Assembly: GCA_015660995.1 (NCBI GenBank)
Contig: JACTUC010000008.1
Span: 10,645-74,644, forward strand
DNA: 64,000 nt
Reading direction: 5' to 3'
DNA from: Candidatus Methanomethylicaceae archaeon
GTDB taxonomy: Archaea; Thermoproteota; Methanomethylicia; Methanomethylicales; Methanomethylicaceae
Numbering within the stretch: position 1 is the first letter of the stretch; each line of letters begins with the position of its first letter. This document shows positions 1-10,684 of the stretch, in pieces. Made by a program: the position numbers and the translations under genes. The notes beneath the pieces were generated by a model that saw nothing but the letters and a program-made list of their open reading frames with translations, was not told the origin of the DNA and searched no databases.

Positions 1-222
1 GCGATGGGCGCCATGGGAATATACCGCACCATACAGTACAACCTCGAGCAGGGCTATCCCGCAGAGAGGGTAGCCCAGCACATCCGCGAGAAGCTCCTGA
101 AGCTTGAGGGGCTGCTCTACACGATCACAGCAAAAAGGATGGTCCGAAGCAGGACTGAGATCCTGGAGCTCTACCTCCGGTCAATGGAAGAAGAGCTCTT
201 CGATGCGAGCATCTCCAAGTAA
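1..222 (+). CDS. HD-domain protein, C-terminal part (5' end outside window)
   Basis: Frame open from base 1; AMGAMGIYR resembles the DALGAIGIAR motif of HD hydrolases. Confidence 0.55.
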   Translation, partial: AMGAMGIYRTIQYNLEQGYPAERVAQHIREKLLKLEGLLYTITAKRMVRSRTEILELYLRSMEEELFDASISK

Positions 223-752
223 GATTCCGTGGTCAGCCTCTCGGTTGGCACTTCAAGCCGCTCGGCTATCGCAAAGAGTTTCCTCTTGAGCTCTTGCATG
301 TGGTTTGCGTCCTCCACAATGTCTTTTTTCATCGACGGCACCATGACCTCAATCTCCACGAACTCTCCGAGGCCTTCCACCGAGTCCAATGAAATTGTCG
401 CGCCGTCAAGTAAGAAGTCCTTTCTGCTCTTGCGTATGATGAAAAGCTTCTCAAATCCGAGCTGGCTGAAGATATTTTGCGTTGCCTCGAAATCGTCAAC
501 CCTGACCTCGATCTCCTCCCTGATCTTTGCCTCCTTGCCCACCCTCTTGCCCTTGAAGGTTAGTATGCACTCCCCTCCCTCCCTCCTCAACCTCAGCGCT
601 TCATCCCTCTCCCTCAGGTTCCTACACGGATGAATGAAGTAAACGTCTTCCTGTGCAACCTCCCTGGTGAACCTCCCTCCCAGGGATTCGATCTTCTTTG
701 CGAGCTTTTCCCTGCTCTCTACCCTCGCCTTCACTTCCACTTCGCCAGCCAA
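171..752 (-). CDS. cyaB: CYTH-domain protein (class IV adenylate cyclase-like)
   Basis: EVEVK N-terminal motif, LRLR, LGEFVEIE, SYLEM. Confidence 0.85.
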   Translation of the reverse strand: MAGEVEVKARVESREKLAKKIESLGGRFTREVAQEDVYFIHPCRNLRERDEALRLRREGGECILTFKGKRVGKEAKIREEIEVRVDDFEATQNIFSQLGFEKLFIIRKSRKDFLLDGATISLDSVEGLGEFVEIEVMVPSMKKDIVEDANHMQELKRKLFAIAERLEVPTERLTTESYLEMLASKSSSSIDRR

Positions 753-893
753 CTGATACCCTCCAAATGCTTCCCGATCCGTTACCTTTCGCGCAATGCC
801 GAAATGAAGTTTGCGCCAGTTAGAACCTCTTTGGCAGAATCTTCAATATAAAACAGATTTAAACAGGCAGATGCGATAGATGCGGAAGAGCAG

Positions 894-1484
894 ATGATTG
901 CCATGCTCGACAGAAGGACGGCTACAGAGATTATCTCCGCTATCTTCAATGCCCCCTTCGTCTCGCTCTACGCCTTCGTTGCATGGGTACTTTACCTCTC
1001 AGCGCCGGCTGCCCCGACCCTACTGCTTATTGCGGCCATCTTTGGCACTGTCCTTCCGACAGGGGTGATCCTGTACATGAGGAAAAAAGGGATAATCCGT
1101 GATGTCTATGCCTCCGATAGGGGGACACGGTTCAAGCCATTCCTGGCTGCGCTTGCCAGTTACCTCGCCGGAATGCTTCTGTTGCTTGCAGTCAGCGCCC
1201 CCAGGAGCGTGACGGCCCTCATGGCTTGCTACCTCGTTAACACTGGCGTTATGACGATCATCACCCTAAAATGGAAGATAAGCATCCACGCCTCCGGTAT
1301 TGCTGGACCCGCCACTTTTTTTGTCTTCATGCTTGGCCCTGCCATGCTCCCCTCCCTCCTCTTCATACTGCCAGTGGGCTGGGCGCGGATCACGCTGGGT
1401 GCCCACACCCGCGACCAGGTTCTTGCCGGCTTCTTCCTGACCATCGCACTCACCTGGATCCAGCTCGCTATCTACATGAGGTAA
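894..1484 (+). CDS. PAP2-like integral membrane protein
   Basis: Multiple TM helices; KISIHASG and WAR...HT..QV motifs. Confidence 0.65.
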   Translation: MIAMLDRRTATEIISAIFNAPFVSLYAFVAWVLYLSAPAAPTLLLIAAIFGTVLPTGVILYMRKKGIIRDVYASDRGTRFKPFLAALASYLAGMLLLLAVSAPRSVTALMACYLVNTGVMTIITLKWKISIHASGIAGPATFFVFMLGPAMLPSLLFILPVGWARITLGAHTRDQVLAGFFLTIALTWIQLAIYMR

Positions 1485-1541
1485 ACAAAAAGATTTTAAA
1501 GAGGAGTTTCATGTTATGATTCCACGGTTGGTGTATCATTA

Positions 1542-2408
1542 ATGCCTATCAAGAACGGAGATTTCGTCCTCGTCGATTACAGCCTAAAAGTCAAGGACAC
1601 AAATGAGGTCTTTGATGTCACGATGGAGGATCAGGCCAAGGCAGCTAACGTCTATAGCCCTGAGCAGGCGTACGAGCCAAAGCTCATTGTCGTAGGCCAG
1701 GGGTGGATGATCAAGGGCATAGACGAGGCACTGCTGGAGGCAGACGAAGGTCAGGAGAAGGACCTTGAAATCCCCCCAGCCAAGGCATTTGGCGAGAGGG
1801 ATGGCAGCAAGGTGAGGATCGTTCCAGCCAGAGAGCTGACCAAGCAGGGTGTCACTCCGAGGCCTGGCGCAAGGATAGAGGTCGGCGGCCAGCTTGCAAC
1901 GATAAGGAGCGTCGGCAGCGGCAGGGTCATCGTCGATTACAACCACCCGCTTGCAGGGAAGACACTCGTCACCAAGCTTTACATCCGGAAGGTCGTCTCC
2001 GACCCGGTTGAGAGGATGCGTGAGCTCATACACAGGAGGATTGTGAATGTCAAGAAGGATAAGTTCATGATTTCAAACCTTGGAACCATGGTCACTGTGG
2101 AGATGCCCGAGGAGTCCTTCACCCTTGAGGACATTCAGTTCGCGAAGAAAGGCATAGCTAAGGAGATCGGCAAGTACTTCCCCGAGGTCACCACGGTCCA
2201 GTTCATAGAATCCCACGTGCTGAAGCAGCCAGAAAAAGTAGAGGCAAAGCCTGAGGAGAAGAAGGCTGAGCTGGCAAAGGAAGAAGCGAAGCCAGCAGGA
2301 AAAGAAGAGGCCAAGCTGGCGGCAAAAGAAGAGACGAAAGAAACCGAGAAGCCTGCTGCTAAGGAAGGCGGGCGCTCTAGGAAGAAGGCTCAACAACGAG
2401 CGCAGTAA
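1542..2408 (+). CDS. Long-type FKBP peptidyl-prolyl isomerase (SlyD-like) with charged tail
   Basis: VDYNHPLAGKTL, IPPAKAFGER; Lys/Glu/Ala-rich C-terminus. Confidence 0.9.
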   Translation: MPIKNGDFVLVDYSLKVKDTNEVFDVTMEDQAKAANVYSPEQAYEPKLIVVGQGWMIKGIDEALLEADEGQEKDLEIPPAKAFGERDGSKVRIVPARELTKQGVTPRPGARIEVGGQLATIRSVGSGRVIVDYNHPLAGKTLVTKLYIRKVVSDPVERMRELIHRRIVNVKKDKFMISNLGTMVTVEMPEESFTLEDIQFAKKGIAKEIGKYFPEVTTVQFIESHVLKQPEKVEAKPEEKKAELAKEEAKPAGKEEAKLAAKEETKETEKPAAKEGGRSRKKAQQRAQ

Positions 2409-2835
2409 CCTTCTTCAGCTTCTTCTTGCAGAGGGCAACCTCTGAGACGCTCTCGGAGACCTTCTCTATCTTTATCTTTTCACCTTTCTTAACGCCCTCT
2501 GGTTTGCACAGCTTCTCTATCGTGCAGCCCTTCTTCTCACACTCTGCTCCAGCGAAAGTGATGGTGGCACCCTCGATTGCGTGCTGGGATTTGATCACAA
2601 CCTCGATCGGGGACGGGATCACCTTAGCTACGTTTACCTTGTCTTCATAGAGGCTGCAGTAGTGCTGCTTGTCCTTGATCTCTATGACCTCGTATGCCCT
2701 TCCTGGCACGAGCTTCCCCATGCAGACGAGGAAGAGCTTACATTCCTTGCAGATGGCTGGCGGCTGCGCTGCCACGAACCTGAAACCCTTAACTGCCTGC
2801 CCCTCGCCTACTAGGGTCACGATAAACTTGTTCAT
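2377..2835 (-). CDS. UPF0179 family protein
   Basis: VTLVG start, CxxCxxxxxC and further Cys pattern. Confidence 0.75.
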   Translation of the reverse strand: MNKFIVTLVGEGQAVKGFRFVAAQPPAICKECKLFLVCMGKLVPGRAYEVIEIKDKQHYCSLYEDKVNVAKVIPSPIEVVIKSQHAIEGATITFAGAECEKKGCTIEKLCKPEGVKKGEKIKIEKVSESVSEVALCKKKLKKVTALVVEPSS

Positions 2836-2875
2836 TCCAAGCCCACCTGTCCAACTCTTTTTTACGTCATCACAT

Positions 2876-3931
2876 TCATTCTATAACGCCAGTTATCCTG
2901 GCAAGGTCCTCGGCCGCTTCACGGGCAATCCCCTTCTCGCCAAGGATCGTGTACCTGTCTGCTCTTATCGTGTGGGCTATGGTCAGCGCCTCTATTATCT
3001 GCTCGTCCTTCATGCCAAGTTCCTTCGCGCTTGTCGGCGCTCCCACCTTTGATAGGACCTCCTTCACACTCTTCCAGTCCCCACCATGCAGATACATCAT
3101 CATTATCGTTCCGACGCCGCACTTCTCACCATGGAGGGCCTGCCCCGCGCATATCTTGTCAAGCGCGTGGCTGAAGAGGTGCTCTGATCCGCTGCATGGC
3201 CTGCTGCTTCCCGCTATACACATGGCGTAGCCGCAGCTGATGAGCCCCTCGATCATGGATCGTATCCCCACATCCAGCCCCCTATCTATGAGGTCGATGT
3301 TCTCGGTTATCAGCTCCGCTGACATGAGCGCCAGGGATGCTGCATACTCCCCATAATACTCCCCCCTAAGGCGGTGGGCAAGGCTCCAATCCCTGACTGC
3401 GGTGTATTTGGCGATTATATCGCCCACGCCGCTGACTATCTGCCTCCTCGGCGAGTTGGCAATAATGTCTATGTCTGCCAGGAGCGCCACCGGCGGATGC
3501 GCCATCGTCGAGGTGGATCCATTGCATCCCTTTAGCGATGCTACTGGGGATGCTATGCCATCATGGGCAGCTGACGTCGGGATGCTTATGAACTGTATGT
3601 TATGCTTGAATGAGGCGAGCTTGGCAATGTCGATCGTCTTTCCGCCGCCAACGCTGATCACAATTACTGACTTTGTGTCCTTTATGGCAGCCTCGACTGC
3701 CCCCAAGGTCTCCTCCGTCGCATCCTTCACCTTCACCACGTGTGTCGGGAGGTGCAAAACGTTGACGCTCTCTTCAACGATCCCCATCGGCTCCTTGGTA
3801 AAGGTCTCCCCGCAGAGCAGGAGAACGTCCCCGTTGACGTTCAGCCTAGTGAGTACCTCCCCGACCTTAGGTAGTACCTGTGGCCCCACTATAACAAACC
3901 TGGGCAAATTGATGGCATGGATGTGCATCAT
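2876..3931 (-). CDS. egsA: sn-glycerol-1-phosphate dehydrogenase
   Basis: GGGKTIDIAK, HDGIAS, SRPCSGSEHLFSH, LHGEKCG. Confidence 0.95.
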   Translation of the reverse strand: MMHIHAINLPRFVIVGPQVLPKVGEVLTRLNVNGDVLLLCGETFTKEPMGIVEESVNVLHLPTHVVKVKDATEETLGAVEAAIKDTKSVIVISVGGGKTIDIAKLASFKHNIQFISIPTSAAHDGIASPVASLKGCNGSTSTMAHPPVALLADIDIIANSPRRQIVSGVGDIIAKYTAVRDWSLAHRLRGEYYGEYAASLALMSAELITENIDLIDRGLDVGIRSMIEGLISCGYAMCIAGSSRPCSGSEHLFSHALDKICAGQALHGEKCGVGTIMMMYLHGGDWKSVKEVLSKVGAPTSAKELGMKDEQIIEALTIAHTIRADRYTILGEKGIAREAAEDLARITGVIE

Positions 3932-4145
3932 CTCTACCGCCTCTTACCTATGGCACAGAAGGACTTTCTCATCCTATTAATATACATGGTTATCTCCATC
4001 ATGCGATCCCTTCAAGAAGGCGCTCCTTCCAAAACCGAAGGGACCTCTTTTCCTTCTGGTTGCCATCTACGTCACGCTTAAATATAAGGATAAAGTCCTT
4101 TCTAATTGACTTCGCTCATTCTTTCCGATCGCGGAGGAGTCCTCT

Positions 4146-4796
4146 GTGCTGCCTGAAGAAATCAAAAACAAGCAAGAGCTTTACGAGAAACTGAAGAAAG
4201 GCACAACCACGGTAGGGATAGTCTGCATGGACGGAGTGGTCTTGGCTACCGACAGGAGGGTTACTGCCGGGACGTACATAGCCCACAAAAGGGGGAGGAA
4301 GCTCTTCGTGCTGGACGAGAACAAAGCAGCAACCATCGCCGGGCTTGTTGCAGACGCCCAGATGATAATGGACTTTCTCAAGTCGCAGATCAACCTTATG
4401 AAGCTCACCAACCGCCAGCCGGTGCCGACGAAGTCGGTGGCGACGTTCGCCTCGAACATACTCCTCAACTCCAAGTACTTCCCGTACATAGTTCAGTTGA
4501 TAATAGCGGGCGTCGACGAGGAAGGTCCCAGGATGTTCGTCCTCGACTGGTTCGGAACCTTGAGCGAGGAGAAATTCGTCTCCACGGGTTCGGGGTCGCC
4601 CTACGCATTGGGTGTCTTGGAGGCGATTCTGAAGAAAAACCCGACGGTCTCGGAGGCGCTGCCGGTTATTGCAAGGGCAGTGAAGGCTGCCATTGAGCGA
4701 GACCCTGGCAGCGGCGAAGGGATAGACGTCATCGCCCTCACAAAAGAGGGCATTAGGGAGCTCACAGACCAGGAGATACTGAAGTACCTGGAATGA
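4146..4796 (+). CDS. psmB: Proteasome beta subunit
   Basis: Propeptide followed by G|TTTVG; GSGS; RDPGSG. Confidence 0.95.
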   Translation: MLPEEIKNKQELYEKLKKGTTTVGIVCMDGVVLATDRRVTAGTYIAHKRGRKLFVLDENKAATIAGLVADAQMIMDFLKSQINLMKLTNRQPVPTKSVATFASNILLNSKYFPYIVQLIIAGVDEEGPRMFVLDWFGTLSEEKFVSTGSGSPYALGVLEAILKKNPTVSEALPVIARAVKAAIERDPGSGEGIDVIALTKEGIRELTDQEILKYLE

Positions 4797-4830
4797 ATCA
4801 CGTTTCCCAGCAAGCAAAGGTGCGTTGTGG

Positions 4831-6753
4831 ATGTATAACTTAGGCACGCTCGATACATTCGGAGAGATTAGGAAGATTATTGCACGTGAGATTCCGCCGG
4901 AAGCGCGGCTGACAAAGGTCGAATTTGAAGGACCCTCAATCATAATCTATGCAAACAATCCGAACCTCCTCCTCGAGAACAGCGAGCCCATAAAGAGGAT
5001 CGTACGGGAGATCAAGAAAAGGGTCATAGTCAGGGCTGACCCAGGTGCCAGGAAGAAGACAGACGAAGCGAAGAAGACGATCGAGGAGCTCATCCCAAAG
5101 GAAGCAGAGATAACCGATATGAACTTCGACGAAGGCACGGGCGAGGTAACGATCCTAGCGAAGAAGCCAGGCTTGGTAATCGGGAAGGGGGGCTCCACGC
5201 TGCGGGACATCGCTTCAAGCACTGGCTGGCGTTCAACTATAATAAGATCCCCGCCGCTAAAGTCGAGGATCATCGAGCAGAGCCTCTACTACATGGGCAA
5301 GGAGCAGGACTACCGCCTGGATTTCCTCAAGAAGGTGGGGAGGAGGATCCACAGGCCAAAAATATACAACAATGGCTGGATAACCATCTCGGCCCTTGGC
5401 GGCTTCAGGGAGGTGGGGAGGCAGGCGATACTCGTGCAGACGCTCGAGAGTAAGGTCCTCATAGACTGTGGCGTCAAGCCAGGTGCCCAAAACCCCTTCG
5501 ACGAATTCCCGAGGCTTGACCTTGCAGAGTTTGACATCGAGGAGCTCGATGCTGTCGTGGTCACTCACGCTCACTTGGATCACTGCGGTCTTGTTCCGCT
5601 TCTTTTCAAGTACGGCTACGGTGGACCCGTGTACTGCACGAGGCCCACCAAGAGCCTGATGACTCTCCTCCAGCTCGACTACCTCGATGTCGCTGTAAAA
5701 GAGGGGAGGCCAACCCCCTACGGGCTGAAGGACGTCAAGAAGGTGCTTCTCAACACGATCGCCCTAGACTACGGTGAGGTGAACGACATATCCCCAGACA
5801 TACGGCTCACGCTCCACAACGCTGGGCATATTCTGGGCTCGGCCATGGTTCACCTCCACGTTGGCGAAGGGCTCCACAACATCGTCTATACCGGGGACTT
5901 CAAGTACGCGAAGACCCGCCTGCTTGAGCCCGCAACATCCTGCTTCCCCCGGGCGGAGACTCTAATAATGGAGAGCACCTACGGCGCCCCGAACGACGTT
6001 GTCCCCTCAAGGGAGGAGACTGAACGCCAGTTCCTAGAGTACATCCGGAACACTGTTCAGAAGGGCGGTAAGGTGCTTATCCCCATCCTTGCTGTGGGGA
6101 GGGCTCAGGAGATTATGCTGGTCTTGGACGAGGCGATAAGGTTTGGCTCTATACCGCAGGTCCCCGTCTACATTGAGGGGATGCTGCAGGAAGTAACGGC
6201 AATACACACCGCCTACCCGGAGGAGCTGGCACGTGAACTCAAAAACAGGATCTTCCACAAGGGCGAGAACCCGTTCCTTAGCGACCACTTCATCAGCGTG
6301 GATGACCGGAGCGCAAGATCGGACATTGCAGAGGGAGCGCCATGCGTAATAATGGCTACGTCGGGTATGCTTACCGGCGGTCCGGCCCTTGAGTATTTCA
6401 AGCTCCTCGCTCCCGACCCTAACAACACCATGATCTTCGTCAACTACCAGATTGAGGGCACACTCGGCAGATCTATACTTCGTGGGGTCAGGGAGATTCC
6501 AATCAGCGACTCAATAGGGAAGATAGACGTTGTCCAGGTTAAGATGGACGTGAAGTCCGTGGACGGATTCTCAGGCCACAGCGACCGGAGGCAACTGCTC
6601 AAGTTCGTGAACAACATATCGCCTCGACCCAAGCAGGCGCTGGTCGTGCACGGGGAGGAGTCCAAGTGCTTAGGAATGGCTGACTGCATCAGGCGGTTCT
6701 TCCGGATAGATGCTTCCGCCCCGAGCGTGGGCGACAGGCTGCGAATCAAGTGA
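4831..6753 (+). CDS. fttA: Beta-CASP ribonuclease aCPSF1 / termination factor FttA
   Basis: KH domain (PGLVIGKGG), HAHLDH, AGHILGS, FSGHSD; ATG at 4831. Confidence 0.93.
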   Translation: MYNLGTLDTFGEIRKIIAREIPPEARLTKVEFEGPSIIIYANNPNLLLENSEPIKRIVREIKKRVIVRADPGARKKTDEAKKTIEELIPKEAEITDMNFDEGTGEVTILAKKPGLVIGKGGSTLRDIASSTGWRSTIIRSPPLKSRIIEQSLYYMGKEQDYRLDFLKKVGRRIHRPKIYNNGWITISALGGFREVGRQAILVQTLESKVLIDCGVKPGAQNPFDEFPRLDLAEFDIEELDAVVVTHAHLDHCGLVPLLFKYGYGGPVYCTRPTKSLMTLLQLDYLDVAVKEGRPTPYGLKDVKKVLLNTIALDYGEVNDISPDIRLTLHNAGHILGSAMVHLHVGEGLHNIVYTGDFKYAKTRLLEPATSCFPRAETLIMESTYGAPNDVVPSREETERQFLEYIRNTVQKGGKVLIPILAVGRAQEIMLVLDEAIRFGSIPQVPVYIEGMLQEVTAIHTAYPEELARELKNRIFHKGENPFLSDHFISVDDRSARSDIAEGAPCVIMATSGMLTGGPALEYFKLLAPDPNNTMIFVNYQIEGTLGRSILRGVREIPISDSIGKIDVVQVKMDVKSVDGFSGHSDRRQLLKFVNNISPRPKQALVVHGEESKCLGMADCIRRFFRIDASAPSVGDRLRIK

Positions 6754-6773
6754 TAAGGGCATGAATTGTTGGC

Positions 6774-7271
6774 TCAGATAGCCCGCGTCCAATTCCAGAT
6801 CTCGTCGCCGACGTAATGGACGTTCTTGATCGCCTTTCCCTTCTTCTTCTGCAGGACCTCGCTCCTTTCCATAATCAGAATGCCCATGGCGAGTCCTTTG
6901 GAATGCTTCTCGTCCACCACTAGGACCAAGTCCCCAACCTGAATGCCCTCTGCAGCAGACCTGATCCCTGGCGCCATGATGTCTGCTCCATTCACGACAA
7001 AAGGCACTGCGCCCATGTCAACAACGACTTTTGGGATCGTGTCAAGAAGCGCCTGAGGCATCGCAAGGGATGGAATCACCTTGCCCTCCTTCTCCATAAG
7101 CACTGGCTTACCATACTGAAGGTATATCTTGTCGCCGCTGGCCAGTTCCACGATCTCGATCTCCTCCTTCTTGTCAATATGGTCGGCTAGAGTAGGACAG
7201 ACCTTCTTCGCCTCCTCAAGAAGGACCTTCAGATCCTTGGAACTCAAGGGGTGTCTCTTCTTTATCAGCAA
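6774..7271 (-). CDS. PUA-domain RNA-binding protein (DUF1947 type)
   Basis: VVVDMGAVPFVVNGADIMAPGI; HYVGDEIW. Confidence 0.88.
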   Translation of the reverse strand: MLIKKRHPLSSKDLKVLLEEAKKVCPTLADHIDKKEEIEIVELASGDKIYLQYGKPVLMEKEGKVIPSLAMPQALLDTIPKVVVDMGAVPFVVNGADIMAPGIRSAAEGIQVGDLVLVVDEKHSKGLAMGILIMERSEVLQKKKGKAIKNVHYVGDEIWNWTRAI

Positions 7272-7352
7272 CTTTTCACGATCTCCGATAAACTTAAATA
7301 ACGTCTCTCATAAACCGAGATTGCTAATTAACCTTTACGGCAGGAATAAAAT

Positions 7353-7583
7353 ATGAGCGAGTTCGGCGCAACGGAAATACTGACAGAGTCCTTAGGGTCC
7401 TTTGTGCTCGTGAAGCTGAAGGGCGGAAGGGAAGTTCGAGGAACGATGAAGAGCTTCGACCAGCACCTGAACCTGGTTCTTGAGAACGCTGAGGAACTTA
7501 TAGCGGAGAAGGAGCCCAAGAAGCTGGGAACAATCATTGTCAGGGGCGACAATGTCGTAATAGTTTCCCCGTCGCCAAGGTGA
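7353..7583 (+). CDS. Sm-like (Lsm) protein
   Basis: [17 protein letters not shown]; upstream of rpl37e as is usual in archaea. Confidence 0.93.
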   Translation: MSEFGATEILTESLGSFVLVKLKGGREVRGTMKSFDQHLNLVLENAEELIAEKEPKKLGTIIVRGDNVVIVSPSPR

Positions 7584-7588
7584 TATAA

Positions 7589-7765
7589 ATGAAGGGGACA
7601 ACATCATTCGGAAAAAGAAACAGGCAGATCACGCATATCCCCTGCAGGCGGTGCGGCCGCAGGGCCTTCAATGTGCGCAAGAAATTCTGTACGCACTGCG
7701 GGTACGGCAAGACCCCTAAAATGAGAGTTGCTTCGAGGCCCCGTAGATACAGACCCATAAAATGA
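7589..7765 (+). CDS. rpl37e: Ribosomal protein eL37 (58 aa, missing from the ORF track)
   Basis: Manual translation [46 protein letters not shown]... Confidence 0.95.
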   Translation: MKGTTSFGKRNRQITHIPCRRCGRRAFNVRKKFCTHCGYGKTPKMRVASRPRRYRPIK

Positions 7766-7943
7766 GGGTTTCTTTGAGACCCCATAGGTGCTAATACCTG
7801 TTCATCTGACATTAATTTAAATGACCCGAGATAATTCCCTCGGGGATATATTTACCCTCTTTCAACATCTTTTGGGTCGATGCAGAAGAGGGTAGAATAT
7901 ATATCCAAAGAATCATAAAATTTGGTATTAAAGGGGTTTATTC

Positions 7944-8207
7944 ATGGCAGAACCTGCTCCAAATAGCGAAAAATTGCCAACGAATGAGATGATTAACGTC
8001 TTGGAGTATGTGACAATCTCCAAAAACGAGAGTTGGTGGACCGCCATCGTCCTGGCTGGGGATGCTGGAAGAAAGAAAGTGATGCTATATATGTGGCACA
8101 AAAGCGGCGACAAGTGGTCAAGGAAACAAAAGTTCACCATCCCGCGCAAGACCGACTGGCCACTAATTAGGGACACTGTCGAGAAAATGATGTCTAAAGT
8201 TGATTAA
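7944..8207 (+). CDS. Small hypothetical protein, possibly PC4-like ssDNA-binding fold
   Basis: Clean ORF with upstream TATA; Trp-rich beta strands followed by a helix. Confidence 0.5.
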   Translation: MAEPAPNSEKLPTNEMINVLEYVTISKNESWWTAIVLAGDAGRKKVMLYMWHKSGDKWSRKQKFTIPRKTDWPLIRDTVEKMMSKVD

Positions 8208-8287
8208 AGCCCAAACAACTGAATCCCAAAGGCCCTCTATTGGTACTCAATAACTTTTTAAAAGAGTGTTTCGTCTATTGCACTGAT

Positions 8288-8392
8288 GGGCCGGTAGCTC
8301 AGACTGGCAGAGCGCCCGCTTGGCATTGCGGGCATGCAGCCTCCGCACCAAAGTGCGGGAGGCCACGGGTTCAAATCCCGTCCGGTCCACCA
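8288..8392 (+). tRNA. tRNA-Ala(GGC) with 28-nt intron at 37/38 (8326-8353); CCA encoded
   Basis: GGGCCGG/CCGGTCC acceptor; CCCGC/GCGGG anticodon stem; BHB central helix TTGG/CCAA. Confidence 0.93.
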
Positions 8393-8543
8393 TCAAACAT
8401 ATGCGGAACAGCCAAATTATTGCTCGCCTCGTCTTCAACAATAGCATCCTATTCCTCTCTTCAAAAAGGAGTGCAAGGCATTTGAAGAAGAAAGACAGAA
8501 ATAGTAATACCTTCCACAGCCAAAAAGTGGGGTATATTCTACT

Positions 8544-10529
8544 ATGCGGCACAAGATCGCAGCATGCCTCATATTCTGCCTTTTGACCATATCTATCATC
8601 GGAAGTACTGTTGCAGCTGCTGATTGGCCCATGTTCCACTATGATTCAAGCCATACGGGCTACACAACCGATGCCGGCCCTCTCACAAATAATGTTCTGT
8701 GGAAATACACCACCGGTGGCACGGTGGAATCCTCTATCGTCATCTCCGGTGGCTATGTTTACGCCCCCTCAGCTGACAATAATGTCTACTGCCTCAACGC
8801 CACGACCGGCCACCAGGTGTGGAACTACACAACCGGTGGTTACGTGTGGGGGCCAGCTATCGCCAACGGCTACGTCTACGTCGGCTCCGACGATCACAAG
8901 GTCTACTGCCTCAGTGCCCAGACCGGCGCCTTGGTGTGGAGCTACTCGACCGGCGGCTACGTGTACACCCCAACCGTCGCCAATGGCTATGTCTATATTG
9001 GTTCAAATGATCGCAATGTTTACTGCCTCAATGCCTCGACTGGCGCCCAGGTGTGGAACTTTACCACTCAAGGTGAAGTGTACGTTCCCTCCGTCTCCGG
9101 CAGCTACGTCTACATAGGCTCTTCAGACAGTAATGTCTACTGCCTCAATGCCAATACGGGTGCCAAGATATGGAGCTATTCGACCGGCAACTATGTATTA
9201 TCAACCCCTGCTGTCTCTGGCAACGGCTACGTCTACGTGGGGGGCTACGATCACAACGTCTACTGCCTCAATGCCTCAACCGGCGCCCAAGTATGGAGTT
9301 ACGCCACAGGCGGTATCATATTCTCCTCCCCAGCCGTCGCTAATAGCTACGTCTACATTGGCTCCGAAGACAACAACGTCTACTGCCTCAATGCCCAAAC
9401 CGGCGCCCAAGTATGGAGCTATTCGACCAGTAGCAAGGTATTATGCTCCCCCGCCGTCTCTGGCAACGGCTACGTCTACGTCGGTTCCGAAGATCACAAG
9501 GTCTACTGCCTCAGTGCCCAGACCGGCACCTTGGTATGGAGCTACACGACCAGCGGTGTAGTGACGTCCGCCCCTGCTCTCTCCGACGGCGTGCTTTACA
9601 TAGGATCCTTCGACATGAATGTATATGCCTTCGGTACCCCCTCTTCGACAAATTCCTCCAATGTTGTAGCGAATGGCTGGGTTCCTTCGCCCACTCCTGC
9701 AGTAGCAGCTATAGTGGTTGCTGTAGCATTGACGGGCGCGGTCTCGTTCCTCTTTTCAATGGTGAGCAACCCTCTGGGCAGTCTCGGGGGTAAAGCAGGT
9801 GAAAAAACGAAGGGCATCCTTCCTGATAACATTAAGTCGTGGCTAGAGGATTTTGTGGAGTCTAGGCATGAAATTAATGTGGAGGCAAAAATTGGGGCTT
9901 CGTATTTGCCTACAGGGCCCGAGATTTTAGCCTATGGTATTGCTATCGTTGCACTGACGCTCGCGTTCTCCTATGCGGAGGTCAATAGCCTCGCGAATAT
10001 ATTTGAAGTTCTCCCTCTTATTTTGGTCACGAGTGTTCTTGTGGTACTGGTCCAGAAGTTCGTCTCGATCGCGCTTATGCGGAAGCTGGGGGTGTGGAGC
10101 GAATACAAGATTTGGCCCCTAGGTCTCGTACTATTTCTTGTAACCACTCTCGCATTCCGGGTTCCTTTTTCATCACCAACCCGTGACGTGGAAGCTTCTC
10201 ACGAGCCTGCTGAACAAGCTCCACCTTCGTCGCTGACCCCTGAGGCGCATTCCTTGTCCAAGCATACTGAACTTTTCGAAGCGATAGTGCCTGCTTCGGA
10301 AATACTAGTAGGAGTACTTTTTGCAGGACTTTTCTTTATCATATTGAAAAGCGGTTTCACCTTGGTGGGCAGTACGGGCTTGGCGATGTGCATCATTGGT
10401 TCCTTCTTTGAATCTCTTCCCATTGAGCCCCTAGACGGCAAAGACATCTACGACCATAGCAAGATGATTTGGGCAGCCATATTCCTAGGAACTCTGATCT
10501 TGTTCGCATTGTGGGTGCTGCTGCTCTAG
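8544..10529 (+). CDS. Secreted PQQ-type beta-propeller fused to multi-pass membrane domain
   Basis: Signal peptide, DWPMFHYD, ~40-aa repeats YVYVGSxDxxVYCLNAxTG; C-terminal TMs. Confidence 0.85.
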   Translation: MRHKIAACLIFCLLTISIIGSTVAAADWPMFHYDSSHTGYTTDAGPLTNNVLWKYTTGGTVESSIVISGGYVYAPSADNNVYCLNATTGHQVWNYTTGGYVWGPAIANGYVYVGSDDHKVYCLSAQTGALVWSYSTGGYVYTPTVANGYVYIGSNDRNVYCLNASTGAQVWNFTTQGEVYVPSVSGSYVYIGSSDSNVYCLNANTGAKIWSYSTGNYVLSTPAVSGNGYVYVGGYDHNVYCLNASTGAQVWSYATGGIIFSSPAVANSYVYIGSEDNNVYCLNAQTGAQVWSYSTSSKVLCSPAVSGNGYVYVGSEDHKVYCLSAQTGTLVWSYTTSGVVTSAPALSDGVLYIGSFDMNVYAFGTPSSTNSSNVVANGWVPSPTPAVAAIVVAVALTGAVSFLFSMVSNPLGSLGGKAGEKTKGILPDNIKSWLEDFVESRHEINVEAKIGASYLPTGPEILAYGIAIVALTLAFSYAEVNSLANIFEVLPLILVTSVLVVLVQKFVSIALMRKLGVWSEYKIWPLGLVLFLVTTLAFRVPFSSPTRDVEASHEPAEQAPPSSLTPEAHSLSKHTELFEAIVPASEILVGVLFAGLFFIILKSGFTLVGSTGLAMCIIGSFFESLPIEPLDGKDIYDHSKMIWAAIFLGTLILFALWVLLL

Positions 10530-10684
10530 GAACTCAATCCTCTTGGGTTCCGTAGACATTTTTTTCTATCATCATAGACGTTTGCTTGCTATGAGATATG
10601 TTGATATGTGGTAGGAAATACCTTATTCGAGATTCTGAAAAAGCGTTATATCTTCCATAATATAAGGTCAGTTTGTGACAATCT

